64,000 nt of DNA, taken from NCBI GenBank assembly GCA_031257405.1, contig JAIROS010000017.1:34046-98045 (forward strand), given 5' to 3'. The notes beneath the pieces were generated by a model. The model had not been told where the DNA came from. It saw only the letters and a list, made by a program, of their open reading frames with translations, and searched no databases. Below, piece after piece: positions 8,832 to 18,856 of this stretch; positions within the stretch are counted from its first letter, which is position 1, and the number at the start of each line of letters is the position of its first letter. The position numbers and the translations under genes were made by a program. Origin of the DNA: Puniceicoccales bacterium (GTDB taxonomy: Bacteria; Verrucomicrobiota; Verrucomicrobiia; Opitutales; LL51).

Positions 8832-10097
8832 TTACCGCAATCCAATGGGCATCAATTTGTCGTTAAGTGTACCCAATCGATTTATACGACTCATATCATC
8901 CTGCGCCATGAGAAAATCATTGTACAGCTGAGTGTTGTAATTAATTATCTGCAATTGTAATACATAAGGATCCGGTATTGGCATGCCTAACTGATTAAAT
9001 AAAAAGTGAATTTTCCTACGAACGGCATCAATCAATTGATTCATACCACATGTCCTGGGATTAGCCACATTTACCCGGGGATCAATCGATAACCCTACCA
9101 AATTTATTAATGCCTGAGGTATATTGGGACCGATAACTTGCTCCACATCGAGTTCCTCACGATGATCGTTGAGTACATCATCGATGTCGTTCGTTAAATT
9201 ATTAAGATCCCTCACTTCAAGCAATTCATTCACTATTGCTCCTATCTGAGCTGGAGTAAGTCTTCCATCTGGATTACGGCTAGGAAGACGTGAAACGGCA
9301 TTCCCAAGCACCTCCCGCATAATTCTTTTAACCATCATATCGTAATCTGCCAAACTCCGCCGACAAATGGCATTCATAAAATTGGTCGCTAATCTTCCAT
9401 CAAATTGTCCCACCAAACTCACATCAAATACAATCTGCAAAGGTAACTTATTACTACCCGTCCCACGCCGATTGACATCAACCCGCGGCTCGTTAATTAA
9501 TCGCCAAACCATCGCTACCCTTACGTCGAGGGGAACAAGATTATTCCCGAGCGCCGCAAGTAATAGCGTCGCATTATCTATATTGGGAATATTCGGATCG
9601 ACTTCAAGCCTGCCAAGTAGCGCTTCAAGACACTCCAGTCGCCCCCAACCTCCCGTTAAGAATAGCGCCGTCTGCCCTCTCGCATTCTGAAGATTCCAAT
9701 TCCGAAGTTCGTACCGCATGATGAGATTAAAAATTCTTTGATAATTTTCACCAAAAATATCCTGCCCACCACCCTTTATCGCTAGCATCAGATCCGTATT
9801 GCCCTCATTATCCGTCGCATTAAAGTCTATACGCGGATTATCTAGAAAAAGCCTGACCATTGCTTCATTACCAGTCCGGACCGCATTCAAATAGTACGTA
9901 TCGCCGTGGGGATCACCGGGAATCCTTTGCGTAGCCATTGCGAGTACAATGTTCGGCGCCATGTCGATTAGCGCCTGCTGATTTCCTTCAACGTCGGCCC
10001 CCTGAGTGCCATGGGCCACATTGCCCATAAAACCCGTAACCATCAATACATTGCATCCCATGCAACCCAATAACTTTTTTCGAATATGTTTTACCAT
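8832..10097 (-). CDS. Secreted ankyrin-repeat-containing protein (ANK N-terminal half, unknown C-terminal half)
   Basis: Hydrophobic N-terminus. ANK-like units TDNEGNTDLMLAIKGGG, ARGQTALFLTGGWGRLECLEALL and DNATLLLAALGNN. Confidence 0.7.
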   Translation of the reverse strand: MVKHIRKKLLGCMGCNVLMVTGFMGNVAHGTQGADVEGNQQALIDMAPNIVLAMATQRIPGDPHGDTYYLNAVRTGNEAMVRLFLDNPRIDFNATDNEGNTDLMLAIKGGGQDIFGENYQRIFNLIMRYELRNWNLQNARGQTALFLTGGWGRLECLEALLGRLEVDPNIPNIDNATLLLAALGNNLVPLDVRVAMVWRLINEPRVDVNRRGTGSNKLPLQIVFDVSLVGQFDGRLATNFMNAICRRSLADYDMMVKRIMREVLGNAVSRLPSRNPDGRLTPAQIGAIVNELLEVRDLNNLTNDIDDVLNDHREELDVEQVIGPNIPQALINLVGLSIDPRVNVANPRTCGMNQLIDAVRRKIHFLFNQLGMPIPDPYVLQLQIINYNTQLYNDFLMAQDDMSRINRLGTLNDKLMPIGLR

Positions 10098-10213
10098 AAC
10101 GGTTTCTTTAATAAAAAAAATTTAAATTTACGAAAGCTTTTTTTTGAAAATATTTTTATTCACATATTTCCATTGATCTTCTGGGGAATTTCGTAGCATT
10201 ATTCACCCATCCG

Positions 10214-11254
10214 ATGGTCATCCTCACTGCTACGATAGTTTTAACGCTCATCACTTCCGCCGCCGCTTCCCTCCTCGAAGCAATCCTCTTTAGCGCCAAT
10301 GATATCGAACTCGAAGACCTCCGCGCCGTATCCAAACGGGCCGCCAATTATATCGAAAAATGTAAAAAAAATGTCGAAGAAACTTCCTCGGCCATCCTCA
10401 TGCTGAGTACCTTTGCCAATACATTTGGTTCGATTGTTGCGGGGGGGTTAGTGGTCAAAACTTACGGCGAAGATATGCTCATTTATTTTTCCATGAGTTT
10501 TACGCTGGCCATCCTGCTTTTCTCGGAAATTTTACCCAAAAATCTCGGCCTGATTTACCGAAAAAAATTATATATCCCCGCCACTTATCTGCTCAAATTG
10601 GTTGTTTCTGTTATGTATCCTTTTTCCTTGGCCTGCCGCTATTTTTTGAGGCTCATTATTGGGAAAAAGCGCGCCGATTCGGCGTATTCGGACCGGGAGA
10701 TCATGCTTTTGGCGGAAAAGAACGTACGCGACGGGACGCTCAGCCAACAGGAACGCAAGATGATCGAAAATACGCTCAAAATGGATTACACGGTGATTGC
10801 CCAGATCATGACGCCGCTGGATCACCTCAGCGCCTACAGTAAAAATATGACGGTCCGCGACGTATTCATTGCCAATAATGAGAATATTCCGGCGGGGCGC
10901 ATCCCGGTTTACTCCCACAATCCGGAGCATTTAATTGGCATTGTCCACCGGCGGAAAATTTTACACGCTTTTGCCACCAATGGCGCCAATATCCAACTGC
11001 GCCGCCTCATGGAAATCCCCAAAGCGCTCCCCGATAACATGTTTGTGGACGACGCGCTGGATGTTTTGCTAAAAAATTTAACGCAGCTTGCATTTGTAAA
11101 AAAAGATAATAAAATTGTCGGCGTACTGACCCTGGACGATATTTTTGAACACATTATTGGCATAGAAATTGCGGAAAATGACGATATTGCGGTCAAGCAG
11201 AGTGTGCAAAATGTCGCCAAGCGGAAGGTTAAATTCGAACGCAATACGCCATGA
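10214..11254 (+). CDS. CNNM/TlyC-CorC family protein (DUF21 membrane domain + CBS pair)
   Basis: N-terminal multi-TM DUF21-like region, SDREIMLLAEKNVRDGTLSQQERKMIENTLKMD linker typical of the family, two CBS-like modules. Confidence 0.85.
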   Translation: MVILTATIVLTLITSAAASLLEAILFSANDIELEDLRAVSKRAANYIEKCKKNVEETSSAILMLSTFANTFGSIVAGGLVVKTYGEDMLIYFSMSFTLAILLFSEILPKNLGLIYRKKLYIPATYLLKLVVSVMYPFSLACRYFLRLIIGKKRADSAYSDREIMLLAEKNVRDGTLSQQERKMIENTLKMDYTVIAQIMTPLDHLSAYSKNMTVRDVFIANNENIPAGRIPVYSHNPEHLIGIVHRRKILHAFATNGANIQLRRLMEIPKALPDNMFVDDALDVLLKNLTQLAFVKKDNKIVGVLTLDDIFEHIIGIEIAENDDIAVKQSVQNVAKRKVKFERNTP

Positions 11255-12951
11255 AATTGAGACAATTTTTACGCAACTCATTCCAAAACGCCGTCGATAA
11301 GTACCAGGGGATTTTTTTCCAGGAGAGCGAGCGACCCGACCCCAAGGGCGAGGAGGACGCCACTCCTACCGCCAATCAAAGCGAAAATGGACCTAATAAT
11401 CCCTTTGCCAGCGATTTCAAAGCCCTCGCCGATTTTTCGGAAAAATTAAACCAGCAAATCGAAAATAACGCCGACGACCTCATCATTATCGGCGATCCCA
11501 ACACCCCCCAAATGCCGTCCGCTTTCCCGTCACCTCCAGCCCAACAATCCCCCGTATCCCCAGTGAATATGCCGGCTTCCGACTTTACCGCGGGCGATGC
11601 CACCGCCACCTACACCACTTTTCCAACCCGGTCTTCTCCCCTCAGCGCCAGCGATTTCGCCGTCTCCGCACCTCCCCTATCCGGCGTCGCAAACCACAAT
11701 ACCGCCACAATACCCATTAATAGCGACTTCGGCAGCGATTTTGCCGTCGATACCCACGCTTCGGCAGTAGTCACCTCCGTCGGGAAAAAAACCAGTAAAC
11801 AAAAACAAAAACGGACGTCCTACAGCTTCACACCACGCCAGTCCAAAGAGAATCGGGAGGCTACAGCGGGGAGTGTCAAGAAAAAAAAGCAGTCGGGGTC
11901 TTTAAATTTAAAAATCGAGAAAAAAGCCCAAATGATCCGCCAATTATCGGCGCTACTCGACGCCGGAATGGATTTACGTTCTTCGCTGGCGATCCTCGAG
12001 GAACAGGAGGTCCGCAGTAAAAATATATGGTTTTTTATTCACGATTTATTTGTAAAAATCGAGGCCGGCGACTCCTTCTCGGACGCACTCGCGGCCTCTA
12101 TCGCAAAATTCGACGCATCCGAAATCGCCATGGTCCGCGCCGGAGAAGCCGTCGGAAAATTGGCCGAAACACTCGCTAAAATGGCTAGTTTGATGGAAAA
12201 AAAAGTTTATATCAAGAAAAAAATTACGTCGGCGATGTTTTACCCGGCGACGGTATTGGTGGTTTCGTCGGCCGTCGTCCTCCTCCTGACTACCTTCGTC
12301 GTCCCCAAATTCGAAAAAGTCATCGTCGACCAAATCGGAGCCAATGCCATGCCCAAATTAACCACCGCCATTATCGCCGTTAGCCGCTTCGTATCCACCC
12401 ACCTCCTCCAAGTATTTATCGCCCTGGGCCTCCTTGTCGCTCTATTTTTCGCCGTAAAAACGATTACACCCGTAAAAAAAATGTTCTACGGACTCCTTCT
12501 AAAAATGCCGCTCATTGGGAATTGTATAATGACGTGGTGTGTAGTGATTTTTTCGCGCACGTTTGGCGATTTACTGGTTTGCGGATGTTCTGTGGTGGAA
12601 TCGCTCAAAATGGCTCGGGAGAGTATCGGGAATTACTACATGAAGGAGAAATTGTCGTCCACCATTGAGGACATTCAGCAGGGGATGTCACTTACGGACT
12701 CGCTACGGCGGCGCAGTGTATTTCCGGCGATGGCGGAGGGGCTTATTAAGGTAGGGGAGGAGTCGGGCAAGCTGGGTGAGATGATGAACAAGGTCGCTTC
12801 GGCCTACGAGGAGCAGCTCAACGAAGTGATTGCGCGCATTACGTCGATGATTGAGCCTATTTTAGTGATATTTCTTGCGGGTTTTGTGGGGGCGGTTGTC
12901 ATTGGTCTTTTTCTTCCGCTAGTTTCGCTGATCCAGAATATTGCCACCTAA
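11251..12951 (+). CDS. Type II secretion / type IV pilus platform protein F family, with ~225-aa low-complexity N-terminal extension
   Basis: Two T2SSF-like halves (LSALLDAGMDLRSSLAIL... and FSRTFGDLLVCGCSVVESL...) with TM segments. C-terminal LFLPLVSLIQNI. Confidence 0.85.
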   Translation: MKLRQFLRNSFQNAVDKYQGIFFQESERPDPKGEEDATPTANQSENGPNNPFASDFKALADFSEKLNQQIENNADDLIIIGDPNTPQMPSAFPSPPAQQSPVSPVNMPASDFTAGDATATYTTFPTRSSPLSASDFAVSAPPLSGVANHNTATIPINSDFGSDFAVDTHASAVVTSVGKKTSKQKQKRTSYSFTPRQSKENREATAGSVKKKKQSGSLNLKIEKKAQMIRQLSALLDAGMDLRSSLAILEEQEVRSKNIWFFIHDLFVKIEAGDSFSDALAASIAKFDASEIAMVRAGEAVGKLAETLAKMASLMEKKVYIKKKITSAMFYPATVLVVSSAVVLLLTTFVVPKFEKVIVDQIGANAMPKLTTAIIAVSRFVSTHLLQVFIALGLLVALFFAVKTITPVKKMFYGLLLKMPLIGNCIMTWCVVIFSRTFGDLLVCGCSVVESLKMARESIGNYYMKEKLSSTIEDIQQGMSLTDSLRRRSVFPAMAEGLIKVGEESGKLGEMMNKVASAYEEQLNEVIARITSMIEPILVIFLAGFVGAVVIGLFLPLVSLIQNIAT

Positions 12952-13115
12952 TTCCGCGCGTATCGGCTTGAATTTTTAAATAAAATATAAATTTTTTCAC
13001 ATAAAATATACATTGGTGATCCATTAATTTTTTATTTGGGGATAGAAATTATTATTTAGGAAAATTTTTCTCATTTAAGATAAAACTAATTAATCAAAAA
13101 GGTAAAGCCGATCAT

Positions 13116-13631
13116 TCAGACAAATTTCTTCAAATTTTCCCAAAGGTACTCTAGCGCTACGGGCAAAACCCGCGTCCCACTAATAATGGGCATGAAATTC
13201 GTATCGCCAGTCCAACGCGGGACCAAATGGCAGTGCAAGTGCTTCGGGATCCCCGCACCCGCCGCTACCCCTAAATTAATCCCAACATTGATGCCGTCCG
13301 GAGCCAACGCTTCCCGCAATACCGCCGCCATATGCGTAACGGCCAGGAAAAAATCAGCGTGCTCCTCCCCAGTCAATTGCTCCAAATCTTGAACCTCACG
13401 CCGCGGCAATACTAGCGAATGCCCCGCATTGTAAGGATATTTGTTCAAAATGGCGAAACTTAGTGGCGTTTTGAAGAGGAGAAGCGATCTTTTTTCGTCG
13501 GGATCGTTGAGGATTTCTAAAAAAGGACTGTCCGTCGCGGGATCTTTCGGGGCGTCGACGTAAGCCATGCGCCAATATGCGTGCAAATATTCCACGGCCC
13601 ACAATGTAACGGATTTTTGTCCCCATGCCAA
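13116..13631 (-). CDS. HIT-family nucleotide hydrolase/transferase (Ap4A-phosphorylase-like)
   Basis: Histidine-triad motif HLHCHLVPRW. NKYPYNAGHSLVLPRR is typical of this HIT subgroup. Confidence 0.8.
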   Translation of the reverse strand: MAWGQKSVTLWAVEYLHAYWRMAYVDAPKDPATDSPFLEILNDPDEKRSLLLFKTPLSFAILNKYPYNAGHSLVLPRREVQDLEQLTGEEHADFFLAVTHMAAVLREALAPDGINVGINLGVAAGAGIPKHLHCHLVPRWTGDTNFMPIISGTRVLPVALEYLWENLKKFV

Positions 13632-13687
13632 TATATTCTTGACACTATGAAAATTTTTTTAAAGAGTTATGGACAATTATTTGGGTC

Positions 13688-13939
13688 ATGGCAAAAACGA
13701 AAGAGGAGATTTTAGAAATCGTACGTGGAATTATTGCGGAAATCGCTCCCGATGAGGATGTCAGCGCGTTGAAAGCGGAGGTCCCGTTGCGGGAGCAATT
13801 GGATTTGGATTCCATGGATTTTTTAGACATTGTTATGGAGTTGCGCAAACGCTATTCCATAGACGTCCCGGAGGCGGATTACGCCCATTTGGAATCCCTC
13901 GACAGCTGCGCCGCCTACTTAGCCGACCGATTTAAGTAA
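13688..13939 (+). CDS. Acyl-carrier-protein-like protein (orphan)
   Basis: 83 aa, LDLDSMDFLDIVMEL phosphopantetheine-attachment-like DSx motif. No partner synthase nearby. Confidence 0.65.
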   Translation: MAKTKEEILEIVRGIIAEIAPDEDVSALKAEVPLREQLDLDSMDFLDIVMELRKRYSIDVPEADYAHLESLDSCAAYLADRFK

Positions 13940-13955
13940 ATAGATTGTTCTGGAA

Positions 13956-15140
13956 TTGTATCCCCATTTTAAATTCGAGGTGACCCACCGAGACCCTTTT
14001 TCGCAGGCGCGTTGCGGTTTACTGGCGACGCCCCACGGCACTCTGGAGACGCCGGCATTTATTTTTTGTGCGACGAAGGGGGCGATGAAATCCGTCACGC
14101 CGCAGCAAATGGTGGAAGCGGGAGCCAAAATAATCCTCGCCAATACTTACCACCTCTCGCTCCTGCCCGGCCCCGAATTCGTTGCGCGCCACGGCGGCTT
14201 ACACCAATTGCTCCACTGGGACCGCCCTATGCTAACGGATTCTGGGGGGTTTCAGATTTTCAGTTTAGGCCATGGGGGAGTTGCGAACGAAATCAAGGGC
14301 CGGCGCAATGGCTATATCCCTAAAACGCTGCTTAAAATTGACGAAGACGGGGCGCATTTTCGGTCCTACGTCGACGGCCGCCCCTGCCTCTTAACCCCGG
14401 AAAAATCCATCGCCATTCAGCGGGCACTGGGCGCTGACCTCATCCTCGCCCTCGACGAATGTACCCCGTTCCACGCCGACAAATTTTACACGGAATGTTC
14501 CATGGAACGCAGTCACCGTTGGGAATGGCGCAGTTTCCTGGAATTCGCTGGGAATAATGACGGTCGCCAGGCGCTATATGGGATTATTCAGGGGGGCATT
14601 TACGGCGATCTCAGGGAACGCAGCAGCCATTTCATTGGGGAACGGGATTTTTTTGGCCAAGCTATCGGCGGTAGTCTCGGCGGGACAAAGGAGCAAATGC
14701 ACGATATCGTCGCGCTAACTTGCCAGTACATCGATAAAAATCGCCCGACTCACCTCCTCGGCATCGGCGGAATTTCGGATATTTGGAACGGCGTAGCCCA
14801 CGGCATCGACAGCTTCGACTGCGTTCACCCGACGCGCCTCGCCCGCCACGGAGGAGCCCTCGTCCACCCGGAAAAAATGGGCGGCAAAGAGTACATTAGC
14901 CTCAAAAATGCCCGGTTCGCCGAAAAAAATTACCCCATCGACGAAAATTGCCCATGTTATTGTTGCAAAAATTTTTCGTGCGCTTACATTCACTACCTGT
15001 TCAAAGCAAAGGAACTGTTAGGCGGCCAGCTGCTGACGATCCACAACGTAGCATTTATGGCGCGTCTGCTAGAGGAGATTAGGAATGCGATTAGGGATGG
15101 GAGTTTTACGGAAAAGGTACGTTCTAAGCCATTATCTTAG
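13956..15140 (+). CDS. tgt: tRNA-guanine transglycosylase (queuine tRNA-ribosyltransferase)
   Basis: TPAFIFCATKGA, ANTYHL, LTDSGGFQIFSL, LDEC and CxCxxC-x-H zinc site (CPCYCC...H). TTG start. Confidence 0.95.
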   Translation: MYPHFKFEVTHRDPFSQARCGLLATPHGTLETPAFIFCATKGAMKSVTPQQMVEAGAKIILANTYHLSLLPGPEFVARHGGLHQLLHWDRPMLTDSGGFQIFSLGHGGVANEIKGRRNGYIPKTLLKIDEDGAHFRSYVDGRPCLLTPEKSIAIQRALGADLILALDECTPFHADKFYTECSMERSHRWEWRSFLEFAGNNDGRQALYGIIQGGIYGDLRERSSHFIGERDFFGQAIGGSLGGTKEQMHDIVALTCQYIDKNRPTHLLGIGGISDIWNGVAHGIDSFDCVHPTRLARHGGALVHPEKMGGKEYISLKNARFAEKNYPIDENCPCYCCKNFSCAYIHYLFKAKELLGGQLLTIHNVAFMARLLEEIRNAIRDGSFTEKVRSKPLS

Positions 15141-15900
15141 GCTCAGGAAATTGGGGAAGCGCTGGTCGCTAAAATTAGCGGAATTTTTAGATTTTTTTTA
15201 TATTTTATTGCGGTCGCGGCTATTCCGTTTCATCGATTTCTGCGGTGTTATTTTAAAATTTTACTCAAAAAATTACCACTTCGCGAAAACGGACCTGGCT
15301 ATTATCAGCGAATATTGGCTCGACTCGCCCTTTGCGATCAGTCGGCGGTACCTGAAACTGAAACTCGAACCCGATGTGTACCAGTACGGTGAGACGCCCC
15401 TATTGACCCTCGAAAAAATCGCCCACTACGCCCACATCACGGAGCGGGATTGTGTATTTGAACTGGGCTGCGGGACGGGTCGCTGTGCCTTTTGGCTGGC
15501 GCACTTTACGGGCTGCCGCGTCGTCGGCATCGAACAAATTCCCGAATTCGTGGATTTCGCCAGTCAATTAGTAGGGAAAGGCGATATTTTAGCGGGGAAA
15601 ATCAGCTTTATTCGGGATGATTTTTTCAATGCTGATCTCAGTCCTGCGACGGCGATTTACTGCTACGGATCGAAGATGGACGACCATCAGATCGAGTCGC
15701 TCATCCTGAATCTCCGGGATACGCAGCCGGGAACAATCATAATCACCGTCAGCTACAGTTTGAATGAAATTATTGCTTCGAGTAAAAATCGGGCGATTTC
15801 GAGGGAATATTTCCCCATTATCGCCCAGTTCGATGGCGAATTTTCCTGGGGGAAAGCTACCGTTTTTATCCAAAAAAAATTACCACAATACCCATCCTAA
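15085..15900 (+). CDS. Class I SAM-dependent methyltransferase
   Basis: Motif I VFELGCGTGRCAF. The start is uncertain because the ORF overlaps the tgt 3' end by 56 nt. Confidence 0.7.
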   Translation: MRLGMGVLRKRYVLSHYLRLRKLGKRWSLKLAEFLDFFYILLRSRLFRFIDFCGVILKFYSKNYHFAKTDLAIISEYWLDSPFAISRRYLKLKLEPDVYQYGETPLLTLEKIAHYAHITERDCVFELGCGTGRCAFWLAHFTGCRVVGIEQIPEFVDFASQLVGKGDILAGKISFIRDDFFNADLSPATAIYCYGSKMDDHQIESLILNLRDTQPGTIIITVSYSLNEIIASSKNRAISREYFPIIAQFDGEFSWGKATVFIQKKLPQYPS

Positions 15901-16814
15901 GCCCTGGGATGCGCCCGATTGTACGCCGCCTGCATAAACCCAGAATGCACATGGGTGTAAATCTGCGTCGTCGATAAATGCGTGTGCCCCAAAAGCTCCT
16001 GCACCAAACGAAGATCAGCACCGCTATTGAGCATGTGAGTGGCGTAACTGTGGCGCAATTTGTGGGGACTTATATCCATCGGTAAATTCCCGTGCCGCAA
16101 ATAAAATTTCAGCCGATTCTGTACCTGCCGCGCCGTTAAACGCTCCCCACGCTCCTCAACGATCACCCACCGATCACAAGTCATAGCTATCCCCGTCCCC
16201 TCCCTAAATCGCTCCAGCGCCCGAACCGAATAACGGCCAATGGGACAAAGACGCTCCTTGCCCCCCTTGCCCAAAATTTTTACAGAACATCGCCCAAAAT
16301 CAATATCCCCGTAGCGCAACGATAGCAACTCGCCCAAACGCATGCCACTGTTGTAAAGCAATTCCAGGATCAGCGTGTCTCGCAAAAATAAAAATTTTGA
16401 AATTTTTTCCTCCCCAAATAGTTTTTCCGGCAGGTGAAGGAGTTGGGCGACCTCCTGCGGCGACAGAATTTTGGGTAAAGTTTTATCTTTTTTTGGTCCT
16501 TTGAGGTTCACAAATGGGTTAGCGGCGATTATTTTTTTCCGCTCCAGAAATACAAATAACGCTTTCAGGCCCGACAGACGATTGGCTACCGTCGATTTTT
16601 TATTACGCCCCCAAAACTCGATTAAATACTGGCGGACGGTCCATTCATCGACAGCTTCCCAGTCGCGGATCGCACTATAGTGCAGTAAAAAATTAATAAA
16701 TTTTTCAATAGATGTCACGTAACTCTCCAGCGTATGGGGCGACAATTGCCGCTCGACTTCCAGGGTGCGGATAAATTCGGCGTAGGGGAAATGCATGGGT
16801 CGGTTCCTTTCCAT
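15897..16814 (-). CDS. Tyrosine recombinase, XerC/XerD family
   Basis: N-terminal SAM-like domain and C-terminal catalytic signature HKLRHSYATHML...LLGHTHLSTTQIYTHV. Confidence 0.85.
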   Translation of the reverse strand: MERNRPMHFPYAEFIRTLEVERQLSPHTLESYVTSIEKFINFLLHYSAIRDWEAVDEWTVRQYLIEFWGRNKKSTVANRLSGLKALFVFLERKKIIAANPFVNLKGPKKDKTLPKILSPQEVAQLLHLPEKLFGEEKISKFLFLRDTLILELLYNSGMRLGELLSLRYGDIDFGRCSVKILGKGGKERLCPIGRYSVRALERFREGTGIAMTCDRWVIVEERGERLTARQVQNRLKFYLRHGNLPMDISPHKLRHSYATHMLNSGADLRLVQELLGHTHLSTTQIYTHVHSGFMQAAYNRAHPRA

Positions 16815-16885
16815 ATTTTCAATAAAAACGGGATTAACCCGCGATTTTACTTGACGGACGGCTTATTTTTGAATGTTTTAGGGGC

Positions 16886-17143
16886 ATGGCAAGTAAAGAA
16901 GATCGGATTGAGGAGAATGTCCCGGGAAGGTTTTACGTGGACGACCAGTGCATTGGCTGCGACATGTGCCGCAGTCTTGCGCCGGATTTTTTTGGTGAGG
17001 CGGCCGAGGGTGGATCTTTCGTCAAAAAGCAGCCGCTATTACCCCAGGACATCGAAATTTGTTTAGAAGCGATGGACAGTTGCCCCGCGGAAGCCATTGG
17101 CGACGACGGCGAGGATAGCGACGACGAGGAAGAAGACGAATAA
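16886..17143 (+). CDS. Small ferredoxin with acidic C-terminal tail
   Basis: CIGCDMC...SCPAEAI cluster ligands. Tail GDDGEDSDDEEEDE. Confidence 0.8.
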   Translation: MASKEDRIEENVPGRFYVDDQCIGCDMCRSLAPDFFGEAAEGGSFVKKQPLLPQDIEICLEAMDSCPAEAIGDDGEDSDDEEEDE

Positions 17144-17427
17144 AACGCATTCCAGAAATGACAAAAACGAATAAAATTTGTCCCGGAAATAATAAAAATA
17201 AATAAAATATATCTAAAAAATGATGAAATTTACTCGATTTCCCAGCCTTTTATTATTTCTTACTTATCTATTATTTTCTATTTACGATTTTCGCCGGCCT
17301 TCTGCGTAGGGAAGTTTCGTGCCGGAAATTTTCCTTAATTTTTGCATATTGATTACGATATTTTTAAATTATCCCCGCTGCGATTGTCCATCCGAGTGGG
17401 GGTTATTTATTTTTTATAATTATAGGA

Positions 17428-18099
17428 TCACCTAGAATGCGGCGTTTCTGTATCTAAAATCCGGCCACCTACGCCGTCCACAGCCTCTTGCATGCTCCCC
17501 GTACTCCCACTAGCCGTCGAAAGCTTCCCGCCTCCCTCGGATAAATCCGTGTACCAACGCACTTGGCCGTCCAAAAAAGCTACAAAACCACCCTCCGCTC
17601 CCCAAACACCATCCGCTTGAGTCCAACGCCCATTGTATAAATCCAATCCCCTCGAAAATGCTACGGGAGTCGTCGCCGCAGTAACTTCCCGCGTAATGCA
17701 CCCAATCAAACAAACACTTAAATGCTTTCCCCCCTCCCAAGCATGCTGCCCATCATCAATCGGCCATACATTTTCCCGCAATACGTCCGCCGCTTTCTTA
17801 TCCCCGGGGAAAACAAAAATATGGGCATTATTGAGGTCACCACCCTGCGCACACCCCTCGATTAATTGCACGGTATTACTCGCATCGGGTATGAAGCCAT
17901 TGTCCTGATAATAGCGGCAGTACGTTTCTGCGATTTGCTTCATGTAGGCCCGCGCCTTCGACTTCCGCGCACTCGATAAAACTTTCTGCGCCGTCGGTAA
18001 AACAAGGGACATGAGTATGGTAATAATGCTGACCACCACGATCAGTTCTATGAGCGTAAAAGCCCTATTGTTTTTTAAATTTTTCATAATATTTTTCAT
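17428..18099 (-). CDS. Prepilin-type N-terminal methylation-domain pseudopilin (paralogue 1)
   Basis: A|FTLIELIVVVSIITILMSLVLP N-terminus (Ala rather than Gly at -1). C-terminal GGFVAFLDGQVRWY motif shared with the two neighbours. Confidence 0.8.
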   Translation of the reverse strand: MKNIMKNLKNNRAFTLIELIVVVSIITILMSLVLPTAQKVLSSARKSKARAYMKQIAETYCRYYQDNGFIPDASNTVQLIEGCAQGGDLNNAHIFVFPGDKKAADVLRENVWPIDDGQHAWEGGKHLSVCLIGCITREVTAATTPVAFSRGLDLYNGRWTQADGVWGAEGGFVAFLDGQVRWYTDLSEGGGKLSTASGSTGSMQEAVDGVGGRILDTETPHSR

Positions 18100-18103
18100 T
18101 TTA

Positions 18104-18856
18104 TTAATAATAATCGTAATAATCGTAATAATAACTACTTCCGCTTCCGCCGGAACTTCCGCTTCCGCCGGGACTTTCGCCCTTGCTGTAATTACTCACG
18201 TATCCAGCGCTGAGTACTCTGGCATCGCTGGGAATCGCCTCGGTAATCAGACTCGTCACATCCGTCATGTCCGCCCGCATCAATTTGCCAAAAACATTAT
18301 TGTCAAACCACTTCACTTGGCCGTCGAGAAAGGCAATAAAGCCACCCTTTCTCCCAAAAACACCTTGCCCTTCATCCCAACTACCGTCGCTATTCAAACC
18401 CCGCGTGTAAATAATGGGGGTGGTATTCGGCGGACAGGAATCGGATAAATTGATGACGATATTGACGCTAAATGTCTCGCCCGAAAAACAATAGGTTGGA
18501 CTCTGACCATCGGCTTGAACAAGGGTATCCTTTGTCGGTTTATTCGACGCTCTCGCCCCCGCATCCGACGAAAAAACGTAGCAATTGGGATCATTTAGCA
18601 GCCCTTCCCTCGCCAATATCTCGGAAAATTCCCTGATACTCCCCACCAATTGGCCACCTCCATTATAAAAATCGCCCTTATCTTCGCGGTACATCAGGTA
18701 AGCATTGGCGATTTGTTTGATGCAATTTTGGGCATTAGTTCTTCTGGAACGCTCCATGACGCCTCCGATGGAAGGCAAAACGAAGGCCATCAGCACGCCT
18801 ATGATCGAAACCACGACGATCAATTCAACTAGCGTAAATCCATTTTTTTTACCCAT
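18104..18856 (-). CDS. Prepilin-type pseudopilin (paralogue 2) with Gly/Ser then Tyr/Asp C-terminal tail
   Basis: MGKKNG|FTLVELIVVVSIIGVLMAFVLP, GGFIAFLDGQVKWF. Tail GGSGSSGGSGSSYYYDYYDYY. Confidence 0.8.
   Translation of the reverse strand: MGKKNGFTLVELIVVVSIIGVLMAFVLPSIGGVMERSRRTNAQNCIKQIANAYLMYREDKGDFYNGGGQLVGSIREFSEILAREGLLNDPNCYVFSSDAGARASNKPTKDTLVQADGQSPTYCFSGETFSVNIVINLSDSCPPNTTPIIYTRGLNSDGSWDEGQGVFGRKGGFIAFLDGQVKWFDNNVFGKLMRADMTDVTSLITEAIPSDARVLSAGYVSNYSKGESPGGSGSSGGSGSSYYYDYYDYY

Noticed and set aside
15897-16814. Tyrosine recombinase as a phage or integrative-element integrase marking a mobile element
   Set aside because: Its size (305 aa) and its N- and C-terminal motifs fit chromosomal XerC/XerD. 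The flanks are housekeeping genes (tgt, methyltransferase, ferredoxin) with no att-like direct repeats or cargo genes.
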